Assembly: GCA_051646395.1 (NCBI GenBank)
Contig: JBOFCW010000295.1
Coordinates: forward strand, 1 to 36,582
Direction of reading: 5' to 3'
DNA length: 36,582 bases
Source of the DNA: Bacteroidales bacterium
GTDB lineage: Bacteria; Bacteroidota; Bacteroidia; Bacteroidales; JAUNSR01
Shown here: positions 11,419-20,850 of the stretch, in pieces
Layout of the letters: every line of letters starts with the position of its first letter
How positions within the stretch are numbered: the first letter of the stretch is position 1
Made by a program: the position numbers and the translations under genes
The notes under the pieces: model-generated
What the model saw: the letters and a program-made list of their open reading frames with translations, nothing else
Databases searched by the model: none
What the model was told of the DNA's origin: nothing

Positions 11419-14331
11419 CTATTTTTTAATCAATTCTACCTGATAATTCTCACCCCGGATCGTCTCGAACGTTAGTGTCGTGATTCCGTTCTGATGCTTC
11501 ACACCGAATGTTCCGTTATCATTTTTCAATTCGTATGTTCCGTTGAGCGTAATGCAGGTTTGGAAACCTTGTTCTACTCCGATCACGTCTTCAGATGTCA
11601 GTTTATCCATTACCAGTGCCGACGGGCGACGCATATCCGGTTCGCATACGGAAAGTCGCAACTTATCGTTTCCTTTTTCCAGAACATATGCCAACGGGAT
11701 GTTCACATTCCGAACCACCTGATCCGGAAACGACTCGTTGATATCGAATACCGCACCATAAACCGTTTGGTTTTTACGATGCTCAACCAGATGTACTTTG
11801 TCATCGTTGCGCAGGATAGAAACCGGCGATTGTGCTCCCAGAAGCTGTTTTGCCTGTTTTTTAGTACCGTCGGGCAAAATGAAATAAGCATATCCCTGTT
11901 CTTTCGGAGCCGTACCGTGATTGATATATCCTGCAGAAAAATCGTCGTTCCCCGACAAATGCACGTCGTTATCGCGAACAGCATAAACCATATTGTCTGA
12001 AAGAGAAACGATCGTTCCGTTTTTGTCTTTGCGAACCTTCTTCTTTTCCGCGTTCTGGAAAAGGGTAGTCACGGTCGGATTCTCTTTATCTGAGTTATTG
12101 ATTCCCGATCCGATACAAAGCAGGATATCGTCGAAAGCAATGACCGATTTGTTGGCTCGAAACGTATTATCATAGATCACATCATGCATTTTCAGAGAGA
12201 ACATACCTGTTTTTTCAGAAACAGCGACCCCGGCAAGGAACGTTTCATCCGAAAAACTACGGTGTGTTTTCATCCCGTCTTTCATTCGCAGCTGATCTTT
12301 GGCCATCACTTTGGAGGTCGTTCCAGGAAGGTGGTTCCAATCGAAATTTTTATTCGCTGCCTGATAACTTTTCTTACCTGTTTTCAGATTGAAGTGTTCG
12401 ATCTGACCGTAAGAAATGTACCGGCCGTACAGATTTTCTGTTGTCGAGCATTCATAATCCCAGATATAACGGCTGAATCCCTTCATATTGAAATGGTAGT
12501 CGCCGTTTTTGATCACCATCAATCCCGAGTAAGGCATAAACAAAGACCCTTGCGGATTTTCCTCACTGTTCACTTCTGCATTCAAAGCTTTGAAAACACA
12601 TCCCACTTCCCCCATACTCGCGGTGTAAGTCAGATTCGAGTTAACATCCTTCCAGAACTTCTTCAACTCATCCGGGTTATCCTGACAGATTTTTTTCATT
12701 GCTCCAATCAGTTCCGTATCCGTTTCAGGCATCGACAAGGCAACGTATGCAAATGCCGGCACCAAGTGTTGCAATACATCCTGCATCAAAGGGAAACGTC
12801 CTGTCGTAGCAGCCGGAACACTCAGATTAGCAGAGAAGAAACGGAAGGTAAGCAGTGCCTGTTTCAGGTTGCTCATCGATTCTTCAGACAGGGCATAAGG
12901 CGTTTCATGAAGCAGATAAGCGATTAATGAAGCCGCATAAAGCGCATGAGGATAGTAAGCACTGTTGTAGGCTCCACGATGGTGGTATCCCGAAAAATCT
13001 GGTTTGATCGTTCCGAAGAATCCCGGTCCGAATTTAAGCGCGTTGTCCATATATGCTTTGTAGGCATCCATGGCCGCATATTGCTCATCGCCCTCTAAAG
13101 AAAGTGCGTAAATCAGTTTTGGCAGAGCAAGTGCACGCAGGTTGTCTGCAACCTCGCCACCATGATGCGGTTCTTCGTAGCAATGGCCAAAAAGCGTCAT
13201 CCACTTCAGGTTCTTTACTTCGCGTTCGTATTTCTGTTTGTCAAGCTGATCTTTCAACAGATAAAACGAATGAAAATATCCCGAGCTGCGCAGCTTTTCA
13301 AAACACAGGGTTCCCATTCCGCTACCATCGGCCCAACCCTGATCGTTAAACCAATCGTAAATAAACAATGCCTTATCCAGACTCTCTTTGTTTCCGTTTT
13401 TCTTATAATCGAAAGCCAGGGGCAACAACATGCTTTTGTTGATATCCATGAAAGAGCTGATTTTCGTACCGTCAATCACAGAGCGGTAAAAAAGCGGAAA
13501 AAGCCCTTTTCCTACCGGAGTGCCATCGGCGTGATAATCGACCTTTACCGAAGCCGCGCTCTTTATTCCCTTGCCAATATATTCTTGTTCCGCTTTTTTG
13601 CGTTCACGGTAATACCCGTTGTCCGAATTTTCTTCACTACCCAGATACCAATCGGTCAGACGTTCATTCACCCGGTTAATACCTGCCTTTTTATCGGCAG
13701 TTATCATCACGCCACTCAAATCGGGCTGCATGTTACGGTAGCCGATAAAGTCGTGAATCAGACTGAAATCCTTGTGATTGACCGTATATTGAAGATCCGA
13801 CATTTTCTGCCAGGACACGTTTTTAGAAAACTCGAAATAATCAAAATAGATGTTGTTCTGCTGAACTGCTTCCGGCAGCGCAACCGTCACTTTTTTTATC
13901 TCTGCCTGGCGCGGTTTCTGCAAATCCTCAACGAATTTAGACCACAAACATCTCCATCCTTTGAAATTAAGGTTGAAAGACAACTTACACACTTCCTCAC
14001 CTTTCTCGTCCAGAAAAGAGAATATCATCGGGGCATCGATAGGAGTTTCATTATAGATCCAGGTGGTAATCCCTCCCGACGAAGCTTTCGATGCTTCTTT
14101 GATACCAAAAGGCTGATCGAGGGTCAATAGTCCTTTTCCCTGCCAGCTGATCCGGAGAGATTGGTCTCCCAGTTTATGACGTAAGCCGGAAACTTCCAGT
14201 TCTCCGCCGTTGAAAGACCATCCGGCAGGAATGCGTTTATCCTCAAAGGAATAAATCTGAGCTGAACTTTGCATTGAAGCCATCCCCAACAGGGTTCCGG
14301 TCAATAAGATTTTTGAAATTTTCTTTCTCAT
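11419..14331 (-). CDS. Polysaccharide lyase family 8, chondroitinase ABC-like
   Basis: 970 aa with a signal peptide (..GMASMQSSAQ). Multiple blocks match my recollection of Proteus vulgaris chondroitinase ABC I. These are WIYNETPID, FKGWR, GYHHRGAYNSAYYP..LIAYLLHETPY (HEGNYPGY..LIYLLRDTPF in ChABC I), TGRFP, WDYE..NLYGRY and KSVIAFDDILLCIGSGINNSDKENPTVTTLFQ (KSVLAADNHLIFIGSNINSSDKNKNVETTLFQ in ChABC I). Confidence 0.8.
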   Translation of the reverse strand: MRKKISKILLTGTLLGMASMQSSAQIYSFEDKRIPAGWSFNGGELEVSGLRHKLGDQSLRISWQGKGLLTLDQPFGIKEASKASSGGITTWIYNETPIDAPMIFSFLDEKGEEVCKLSFNLNFKGWRCLWSKFVEDLQKPRQAEIKKVTVALPEAVQQNNIYFDYFEFSKNVSWQKMSDLQYTVNHKDFSLIHDFIGYRNMQPDLSGVMITADKKAGINRVNERLTDWYLGSEENSDNGYYRERKKAEQEYIGKGIKSAASVKVDYHADGTPVGKGLFPLFYRSVIDGTKISSFMDINKSMLLPLAFDYKKNGNKESLDKALFIYDWFNDQGWADGSGMGTLCFEKLRSSGYFHSFYLLKDQLDKQKYEREVKNLKWMTLFGHCYEEPHHGGEVADNLRALALPKLIYALSLEGDEQYAAMDAYKAYMDNALKFGPGFFGTIKPDFSGYHHRGAYNSAYYPHALYAASLIAYLLHETPYALSEESMSNLKQALLTFRFFSANLSVPAATTGRFPLMQDVLQHLVPAFAYVALSMPETDTELIGAMKKICQDNPDELKKFWKDVNSNLTYTASMGEVGCVFKALNAEVNSEENPQGSLFMPYSGLMVIKNGDYHFNMKGFSRYIWDYECSTTENLYGRYISYGQIEHFNLKTGKKSYQAANKNFDWNHLPGTTSKVMAKDQLRMKDGMKTHRSFSDETFLAGVAVSEKTGMFSLKMHDVIYDNTFRANKSVIAFDDILLCIGSGINNSDKENPTVTTLFQNAEKKKVRKDKNGTIVSLSDNMVYAVRDNDVHLSGNDDFSAGYINHGTAPKEQGYAYFILPDGTKKQAKQLLGAQSPVSILRNDDKVHLVEHRKNQTVYGAVFDINESFPDQVVRNVNIPLAYVLEKGNDKLRLSVCEPDMRRPSALVMDKLTSEDVIGVEQGFQTCITLNGTYELKNDNGTFGVKHQNGITTLTFETIRGENYQVELIKK

Positions 14332-14359
14332 ACAAACTTAAATTATCTGTTGAAAAAGC

Positions 14360-14394
14360 CGGAGAAGACAGTTAGTAAATTAAGAGCTTCTCCG
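14360..14394 (-). terminator. Intra-operon hairpin after susD (possible attenuator or partial terminator)
   Basis: On the minus strand CGGAGAAG..(19-nt loop)..CTTCTCCG is followed by GCTTTTTC. The stem is 8 bp. It sits between the susD stop and the PL8 start. Confidence 0.4.
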
Positions 14395-14421
14395 ACTTTT
14401 ATCTGCCTTTAGATAAAGCAA

Positions 14422-16095
14422 TTAATAAAGCGGATTATTTTTTCCATTCAGCTTATAATTTCGTTGAATCTCGATTAGCGGAATCGGAAACAACTCATGC
14501 TTTCCGGTCATGAAATTCTGACTTGCCGGATAATGATTCAATCCTACGAATTTATACAACGGATCGCCTTGATGTGCACTATAGATGTTTGCAATAGACT
14601 GTTGCAGAATCCCCCAGCGGATCAGGTCGAATTTACGCGAACCTTCGTAGCATAACTCAAATCCACGTTCCCAGTAAAGGGCTGTGCGAAATTTACCTGC
14701 GATATCGGAATCATCAATAAAGTCGAGATCAAGCACTTTAGGAGCTTTATAAGTAGCAGCATAATTGCTGAAATCGGCAGCCAGCTCTGCGATACCTGCT
14801 CTGCCGCGTACTTTATTCAGTAACTCAATGGCCGTCTCTGTCTGATTCAGTTCGTTATAGGCTTCAGCGGCCATCAATACCACATCGGCATAACGCAAAA
14901 CAACCAGATCCACATCCGTGTTATTCGGATCCTTTGCCGGATATTTCATCCATTCGCGGCGCCACTTACCCGGAAACCAGTATTGATTCTGCGGTGTATT
15001 CGGATTTTTTCTCAAATAAACCTTCTCGTCTTTCGCATTGATATGGTACTGACAAATGTTGATATCTCTTCGCAAATCCTGCTCATCATAAAACTTTTTC
15101 CACATCGGAAGAGCAATGAAGAAAGCATTCGCACGTCCGTATTTGCTATTTGCATCTACCGACGGACCATTGTAAGTACCCCATGCACCGGCACCTTTGG
15201 CTTTACCATCCGGTGTATAGAACGCTATTTCCCATAATGTCTCTTTGCTTTCATCTATTTCTGCAGAATATCCTTTCCACAAACCTTCGTAGCCCTGGGC
15301 ATGGAAACCATGATACCCCTGGTTGTTTATCTGTTCCCACTCTTTTATCACTTCCGCGAAACAGTTCTTTCTCACCTCATCAGAAGGGCGGTCGAAACTG
15401 CCATTGAGTTTCAGGCTATATCCGGCACGCTGCAACAACACGCGCATTTTCAAAGCTGAAGCAGCACCTTTCGTCACGCGTTCGGGAGAAGATCCGGCTG
15501 CCGCCCACGGCAGCTGATTTTTTGCGATTTCAAGATCAGTAAGAATCTGATCATAAATCCGGTCACGATCGGATCTTGGTTGGTAGGCACTCTCTGCCGT
15601 CGTCGTAAAATTAGTCTTAAAAGGAACATCTCCCCAATACTTTATCAGGTCGAAAGCCAAAAAAGCTCTTAAAAAACAGATCTCACCTTCGTACTTCAAT
15701 AGTTTCTCATTCTTTTTAGCATATTCATCCATGCCCCGAATTCCGCCGAGCGCAAAATTCGCCCGGTCGATTCCCTGGTATTTGTATAACCAGGAATTGC
15801 GGATCCAGGTATTATGGGTCGATGTCATGTAATGACTGATATCGCGACGGCTGTTATCCGTATTGACGCCCGATATGTAATACATATCGTCCGACGTAGG
15901 CATCGCCATCTCGACCTGACCGTAATGATTCAGATTGGCAAGTACATCATAAACACCAATTACAGACATTTCTGCTTTTTCTACAGAAACGAAAAAGTTT
16001 TTCGCATCATAATACGATTCCGGCTCTTCTACAAGAATATCGGCGCAAGATGTAAATCCAGCCAATACGGATATAAAATAGATTAGTTTCTTCAT
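14422..16095 (-). CDS. susD: SusD/RagB-family nutrient-binding outer-membrane lipoprotein
   Basis: 557 aa. The lipoprotein signal is MKKLIYFISVLAGFTSC. SusD-like TPR-containing architecture is suggested by ..YEGEICFLRAFLAFDLIKYWGDVPF.., ..RYADVVLMAAEAYNEL.. and ..ERGFELCYEGSRKFDLIRW... It lies 17 nt downstream of susC. Confidence 0.92.
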   Translation of the reverse strand: MKKLIYFISVLAGFTSCADILVEEPESYYDAKNFFVSVEKAEMSVIGVYDVLANLNHYGQVEMAMPTSDDMYYISGVNTDNSRRDISHYMTSTHNTWIRNSWLYKYQGIDRANFALGGIRGMDEYAKKNEKLLKYEGEICFLRAFLAFDLIKYWGDVPFKTNFTTTAESAYQPRSDRDRIYDQILTDLEIAKNQLPWAAAGSSPERVTKGAASALKMRVLLQRAGYSLKLNGSFDRPSDEVRKNCFAEVIKEWEQINNQGYHGFHAQGYEGLWKGYSAEIDESKETLWEIAFYTPDGKAKGAGAWGTYNGPSVDANSKYGRANAFFIALPMWKKFYDEQDLRRDINICQYHINAKDEKVYLRKNPNTPQNQYWFPGKWRREWMKYPAKDPNNTDVDLVVLRYADVVLMAAEAYNELNQTETAIELLNKVRGRAGIAELAADFSNYAATYKAPKVLDLDFIDDSDIAGKFRTALYWERGFELCYEGSRKFDLIRWGILQQSIANIYSAHQGDPLYKFVGLNHYPASQNFMTGKHELFPIPLIEIQRNYKLNGKNNPLY

Positions 16096-16112
16096 CTTCA
16101 GTTAAATTTAAG

Positions 16113-19100
16113 TTAGAACGAAATAGAACCTCCCATTACAAATGAGCGACTGCGCGGATAGGCTCCCCAATCGAGCCCTCGTGTCATCCCCGAACCTGTG
16201 GTTGATACTTCCGGATCGAAGCCGGTATATTTCGTAAAGGTGTACAGGTTGTTTGCCGTTACGTACAAACGCATACTTTTAATCGGAGTCTTTTTAAGAA
16301 GCTTTCTTGAGAAAGTATAACCCAATGAAATGTTGCTGATACGTAAGAATGAAGCATCTTCGACACCCCATGAATGGATAAACTTATCTCCCTCTTCCAT
16401 ATCGCGCCATTGCGCTACCGTTTTGCCGCCGTTGATACGCTGCAGCATTTCGGGATCCGTAATTTGTTTTCCGTCGGTACCGACCGTTACCCATCTGTTC
16501 GACAGGCTGGCGATATCCAGCGTCGTGTAAGCCTTTCTTCCTGACAATGTATTCGCCAGTTTGGTCGCATTCAGCACATCACCGCCAAGACTGAAATTAA
16601 GGAACACACTCAGATCGAATCCCTTGTAAGAAAACGTATTGTTCATACCTCCGTACAGATATGGATTCGCATCGCCGATAATCGTACGGTCGTTGTCATT
16701 GATGACATTATCGCTATCATCTACATTGGCAAACTTCCAGTATCCCGGTTGAGGTTTGTTGTTCGGGTTATGAGGCACGCCTTCCTTAAGCGTATATTTA
16801 CCTGTGGCTTTGTCATAATCGAAATCACTCACCTGATACAGACCTTCTGTTTTGAAACCATACATCAATCCGAGTGATTTACCCACCTTTACCAGGTAGT
16901 TGTTTTGCTCGTATCCAAAACGAGCTTCTTCATAAAAAGAGTCTTCTCCGGTCAGTTTGAGCACCTTGTTCTTATTGTGCGAAATATTGAGACTTGTTTG
17001 CCATGAAAAGTTTTTTGTCTGGATATTGACCGAGTTGATGGCGATATCGACTCCCGAATTCTGGGTTTCGCCGATATTCTGCAACATGGTTGAAAATCCG
17101 GATGATTCAGGAATTTTGCTGTTCAAAAGAAGGTAAGAACTTCTGTTGAGGTAAAACTCCGGCGCAATAGTAAGGCGCTGGTTGAAAAATCCCATATCCA
17201 AACCGATATTGAGCGATTTATTCGCTTCCCATCTTAATCCGGCATTCGGAATCTGAGTCGAAATATACCCGTTGTCGATGCTACCCCCCGAAGGATATGT
17301 CGTAGATCCCATCAAAGCCAGTGAACCATAGCTCGGGATGCGATTATTTCCCGACCAACCGTAACCGGCACGCAGTTTCAGGTCTGAGAAAACATCCAGA
17401 TCCCGGATCATCTCTTCCTCGCTCAAACGCCATGCACCCGAAACAGAAGGGAACCATCCGAACTTATTATTCGGTCCGAATTTCGTCGAACCGTCTGCAC
17501 GCAAAGAGGCTGCAAACAAGAACCGATCACCATAGTTGTAATTAACCCTTCCGAAGAATGACAACAACTGATCATCATCATTGAATGAAGAACGCGGAAT
17601 ACCCGGCAATCCCAATGACATGTCGTTCAGGCCGATATCATCATTCGGGAAATTGGTTGCCGAAGACTCGAAGAAGCGGTTCCATCTTGATATGTATTCC
17701 TGCCCGAGCATTACCGTATAACGGTGTTTCTTCAAACGACCATTGTAACTCAAAATATTTGAAGTCTGAAATGTGCCTGCCTCCGAATTACGGATAGAAC
17801 CCTGTATGCTTGTACGTTTGGCAGTAGCCGATTCTGACCCAAAGAACATTTCGTCGCGACGCGAGCTGTATCGCAAGCCGGTCGTATTTTTAAAGCTAAG
17901 CCCTTTCATGATCTGATACCCGATGCTTCCGTTTGCGGTAAACACGCGGTACTCTTTCCGGCGATGTTCCGCCAAGGCCGATTTCAACGGATTTTGCATC
18001 GCATTCTTATCATCATCTTCATAAAGAGGGTCCGAACCCTCAAGTAGCATATTGTCTTCGCCCAGCATACCCACCGTAGGACGATAAGTAAGAATAGAAC
18101 CCATCTTATTGAAGCCCAATGATTCGCCGGATGTACCCATCCCATAAACATTGGTGTGGTCGAAATTCACCGAACCGGAAACCGTCCATTTATCAGAAGG
18201 ACGATGATCGATTTTCAGCTTGATGTTGTGTTTCTGACTTCCGCTGCCCCGCATCAATCCATTTTCATCAAAAAAAGCATACGACATGTTGTAACGCATC
18301 TTATCCTGATTACCCGATAAAGACACACGGTGATTTTGGGTCAGTCGCGAACCGCCCATACATGCATCCTGCCAATCTACCCCTTCGCGATTAGCATAAT
18401 TGCTATAGATATCAGAGAAGTTTCCATAGATGTCCGAATAGCTTTTCACGTTTCCATTATCGACATCTTCATTCGAAAAACTTCTGCGCTCATAATCCAG
18501 GTAAGCGAACTCCATCGGAGAGAGCACATCCAGTTTTTTTGCCAAATGAGAGAACCCGACATAACCGTCATACGCCAGCGAGAAATTCTGTCCGTTTTTA
18601 TTTCCTGTTTTGGTAGTGATCACGATAACCCCGTTGGCTCCCCGTGAACCATAGATTGCTGTTGCCGACGCATCTTTCAATACATCGATGCTTTCGATAT
18701 CGGCAGGATCGAGCGATCCCATACCGTCTTCGCTTGGAAAACCATCGATCACATACAAAGGCTCATTGCTCTGCGTAATGGAGATACCTCCACGTACGCG
18801 TATAGACATCGAAGCGCCGGGCTCCCCGTCGTTGCGAGTGACCATCACCCCGGCAATTCGTCCGGCAAGTGCCTGGGATACATCTGAGGTGGGCACTTTA
18901 ACAAGATCTTCCGCTTTGACAGACGAAACCGATCCGGTCAGGTCTTTTCTTTTCACGGTATTGTAACCGATGGCTACTACCTCTTCAAGTTGTACTGCCG
19001 ACGATTTTAGTACGACATCCAGCTTACGCTGATTTTTCAAACGGATTTTCTGCTGTTCCATCCCGATGTATGAAATAGCAAGTACATTCCCTTCGCGGGC

Positions 19101-19373
19101 CTGAACCTGAAAATTACCGTCGATATCGGATATTGTTCCGCTTTTAGTCTGTTCATTCAGAATACTTGCGCCGATGACCGGTTCTCCGCTTTCATCGACA
19201 ATCGTTCCGCTGACTTTTCTTAGCTCAGCCTGTGCATACAACGATTGAACATTACCTGTTGTCAATAAAGAAAGTATAAGAAGCATGCTCCTGACAAGCA
19301 ATCTCCGGGAAACTTCCTTTCCCAACTTTATCATTCCTGAAAACGGAATGCTAAAATCTTTTCGCATAATCAT
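16113..19373 (-). CDS. susC: SusC/RagA-family TonB-dependent outer-membrane transporter
   Basis: A signal-like segment (LLVRSMLLILSLLTTGNVQSLYAQA) is followed by a CarboxypepD_reg-like domain (VSGTIVDESGEPVIGASI..DGNF). The plug region reads EEVVAIGYNTVKRKDLTGSVSSV, and the protein ends in a C-terminal aromatic residue (..GGSISF). No STN domain is present. The ORF-track start at 19478 is TTG. In-frame ATGs occur at 19373, 19367 and 19334, so the exact start is unresolved. Confidence 0.92.
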   Translation of the reverse strand: MIMRKDFSIPFSGMIKLGKEVSRRLLVRSMLLILSLLTTGNVQSLYAQAELRKVSGTIVDESGEPVIGASILNEQTKSGTISDIDGNFQVQAREGNVLAISYIGMEQQKIRLKNQRKLDVVLKSSAVQLEEVVAIGYNTVKRKDLTGSVSSVKAEDLVKVPTSDVSQALAGRIAGVMVTRNDGEPGASMSIRVRGGISITQSNEPLYVIDGFPSEDGMGSLDPADIESIDVLKDASATAIYGSRGANGVIVITTKTGNKNGQNFSLAYDGYVGFSHLAKKLDVLSPMEFAYLDYERRSFSNEDVDNGNVKSYSDIYGNFSDIYSNYANREGVDWQDACMGGSRLTQNHRVSLSGNQDKMRYNMSYAFFDENGLMRGSGSQKHNIKLKIDHRPSDKWTVSGSVNFDHTNVYGMGTSGESLGFNKMGSILTYRPTVGMLGEDNMLLEGSDPLYEDDDKNAMQNPLKSALAEHRRKEYRVFTANGSIGYQIMKGLSFKNTTGLRYSSRRDEMFFGSESATAKRTSIQGSIRNSEAGTFQTSNILSYNGRLKKHRYTVMLGQEYISRWNRFFESSATNFPNDDIGLNDMSLGLPGIPRSSFNDDDQLLSFFGRVNYNYGDRFLFAASLRADGSTKFGPNNKFGWFPSVSGAWRLSEEEMIRDLDVFSDLKLRAGYGWSGNNRIPSYGSLALMGSTTYPSGGSIDNGYISTQIPNAGLRWEANKSLNIGLDMGFFNQRLTIAPEFYLNRSSYLLLNSKIPESSGFSTMLQNIGETQNSGVDIAINSVNIQTKNFSWQTSLNISHNKNKVLKLTGEDSFYEEARFGYEQNNYLVKVGKSLGLMYGFKTEGLYQVSDFDYDKATGKYTLKEGVPHNPNNKPQPGYWKFANVDDSDNVINDNDRTIIGDANPYLYGGMNNTFSYKGFDLSVFLNFSLGGDVLNATKLANTLSGRKAYTTLDIASLSNRWVTVGTDGKQITDPEMLQRINGGKTVAQWRDMEEGDKFIHSWGVEDASFLRISNISLGYTFSRKLLKKTPIKSMRLYVTANNLYTFTKYTGFDPEVSTTGSGMTRGLDWGAYPRSRSFVMGGSISF

Positions 19374-19655
19374 GATGAGTGTTTTGGTGTGTTTAAATAA
19401 GGATAACTTAACTTCATTTTTAGCCGGAAAACGGAGCCGCTGTATTTGAATACAAGAGCTGCTTTCCAACGTGAACAAAGTTCGCGATCGATTGTCCTAT
19501 TCTGATTTACACCTGTTCAAACCCTCTTTAAATCTGAATGATGTTTGTAGTTTTTGTGTAATATTTTGTAAGAAATATCTTTCAGAGTATCATTTACTCC
19601 CTATTTATAAGGCATTTATTAATACGGCTGTAATAACGGAGGGTGTTCGCCCAAC

Positions 19656-19691
19656 GAAAAAAACCTTCTCTCCGCAATTGCGGAAAGAAGG
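19656..19691 (-). terminator. Rho-independent terminator of the T9SS operon (after porN)
   Basis: The minus strand reads CCTTCTTTCCGC-AATT-GCGGAGAGAAGG followed by TTTTTTT. It lies 44 nt downstream of the porN stop and separates the T9SS operon from the susC promoter region. Confidence 0.8.
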
Positions 19692-19734
19692 TAGAATGAT
19701 ATTTTTCGAAAAAGAAAATCGGATTAATAATACG

Positions 19735-20832
19735 TTATCGGGTTCTTCTCACCGAACGTACTGGCGCACCTTCCGATCTGGAAGATGATTTCTGAGAAGA
19801 ACGAGAAGTACTGCTCTTCTGACGTGGGTTCTGGCGCACAGATGTGCGGGCAGGTTTTTCAACAACCGTTTCTTCCGGTTCATTTATCGCGGTGGTTGGG
19901 GCATCCGCTTTCGCTTCACTTTTACCTGAAGTTTTTTTGGCAGCGGCCTGCGCTTCTTGTGCCTCCGGCACCCATAGCGACTGGCGGAAATCGACAAGAT
20001 CCTGTTCGATCTTTTCTTGTGCCATCTTCAGTGAATCCGGGTGCGGATGCATCTGCATCAGCGAGCGGTTATGCAGGTTGAGCGTTTTATAGATCTTCCC
20101 GTCGTACTGACGCATCACGAAAAAGTCGTCGAACGTATAGCGGGGTGTGTTGTTCATCCCTTCAGACATGACGCGGTGTTGGGTCAGATAAGGGCGTATT
20201 TTTTCGTAGGGAAGCCAGAACATGGGATATTTGGTTACTTCACCGCCGAAATCGCCCGAACGGTGCAGAATAGGACAAATCGCCTCGATAGTGGCAAAAA
20301 ACTTGGATCCGCGCTGATCGAATATCCATTTTTCCTTGATATAATAGCTGCGCACCTCGTTGCATGGCACATCGCTTTCGTCGATTACGAATTGGGTAGC
20401 GGTACGGCCGCGTCCGGGTTTCTCCTCGTAAAGAATATGGAATTTGTTAAGCATATCCTTTACGTTGAGCTCATATTTTTCTGTGAATATTTCTCTTCCG
20501 TCGAGATATTCGTAGCCGGTCAGATTGCCATCTGCCATCAGGTTGACGATCAGACGGAATAAGTTCGTATGACCTTCGATTGGTTCTTCCGGGAAATACA
20601 ATGATGCATTCGAACCTTCCATCAGATCGAGTTCGCGGTAAATTACCCGCGACCATTTGGCGTCATCTGACGAAGGAGCCGAACCGTCGATAAAAGAGCG
20701 GGCACGCACGGACATTTCGCCCGACTGCGTCTCTTTTTTATTTTCCTGCACTCTTTTCACCTGTGCTGTAAGCAGATTGGCAGAAAAAAGTAGTGCACAC
20801 AATATGATTGTTTTTGCGTATGTCATAATCAT
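19735..20832 (-). CDS. porN: T9SS periplasmic ring protein PorN/GldN
   Basis: 365 aa with a signal peptide (MIMTYAKTIILCALLFSANLLTAQ). It is the last gene of the porKLMN block, with a GldN-like core (..YYIKEKWIFDQRGS..PMFWLPYE..) and a low-complexity basic C-terminal tail. Confidence 0.85.
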   Translation of the reverse strand: MIMTYAKTIILCALLFSANLLTAQVKRVQENKKETQSGEMSVRARSFIDGSAPSSDDAKWSRVIYRELDLMEGSNASLYFPEEPIEGHTNLFRLIVNLMADGNLTGYEYLDGREIFTEKYELNVKDMLNKFHILYEEKPGRGRTATQFVIDESDVPCNEVRSYYIKEKWIFDQRGSKFFATIEAICPILHRSGDFGGEVTKYPMFWLPYEKIRPYLTQHRVMSEGMNNTPRYTFDDFFVMRQYDGKIYKTLNLHNRSLMQMHPHPDSLKMAQEKIEQDLVDFRQSLWVPEAQEAQAAAKKTSGKSEAKADAPTTAINEPEETVVEKPARTSVRQNPRQKSSTSRSSQKSSSRSEGAPVRSVRRTR

Positions 20833-20850
20833 GCTGATTGATGTCTTTTT

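Noticed and set aside
19471-19788. 105-aa + strand ORF in the porN-susC intergenic region
   Set aside because: It starts at a non-ATG codon, runs through the porN terminator and into the antisense strand of porN, and has no recognisable motifs. I also looked here for a + strand TAnnTTTG box that could drive an antisense PUL sRNA. I found only near-misses with wrong spacing (TAGTTTTTG and TATTTTG).
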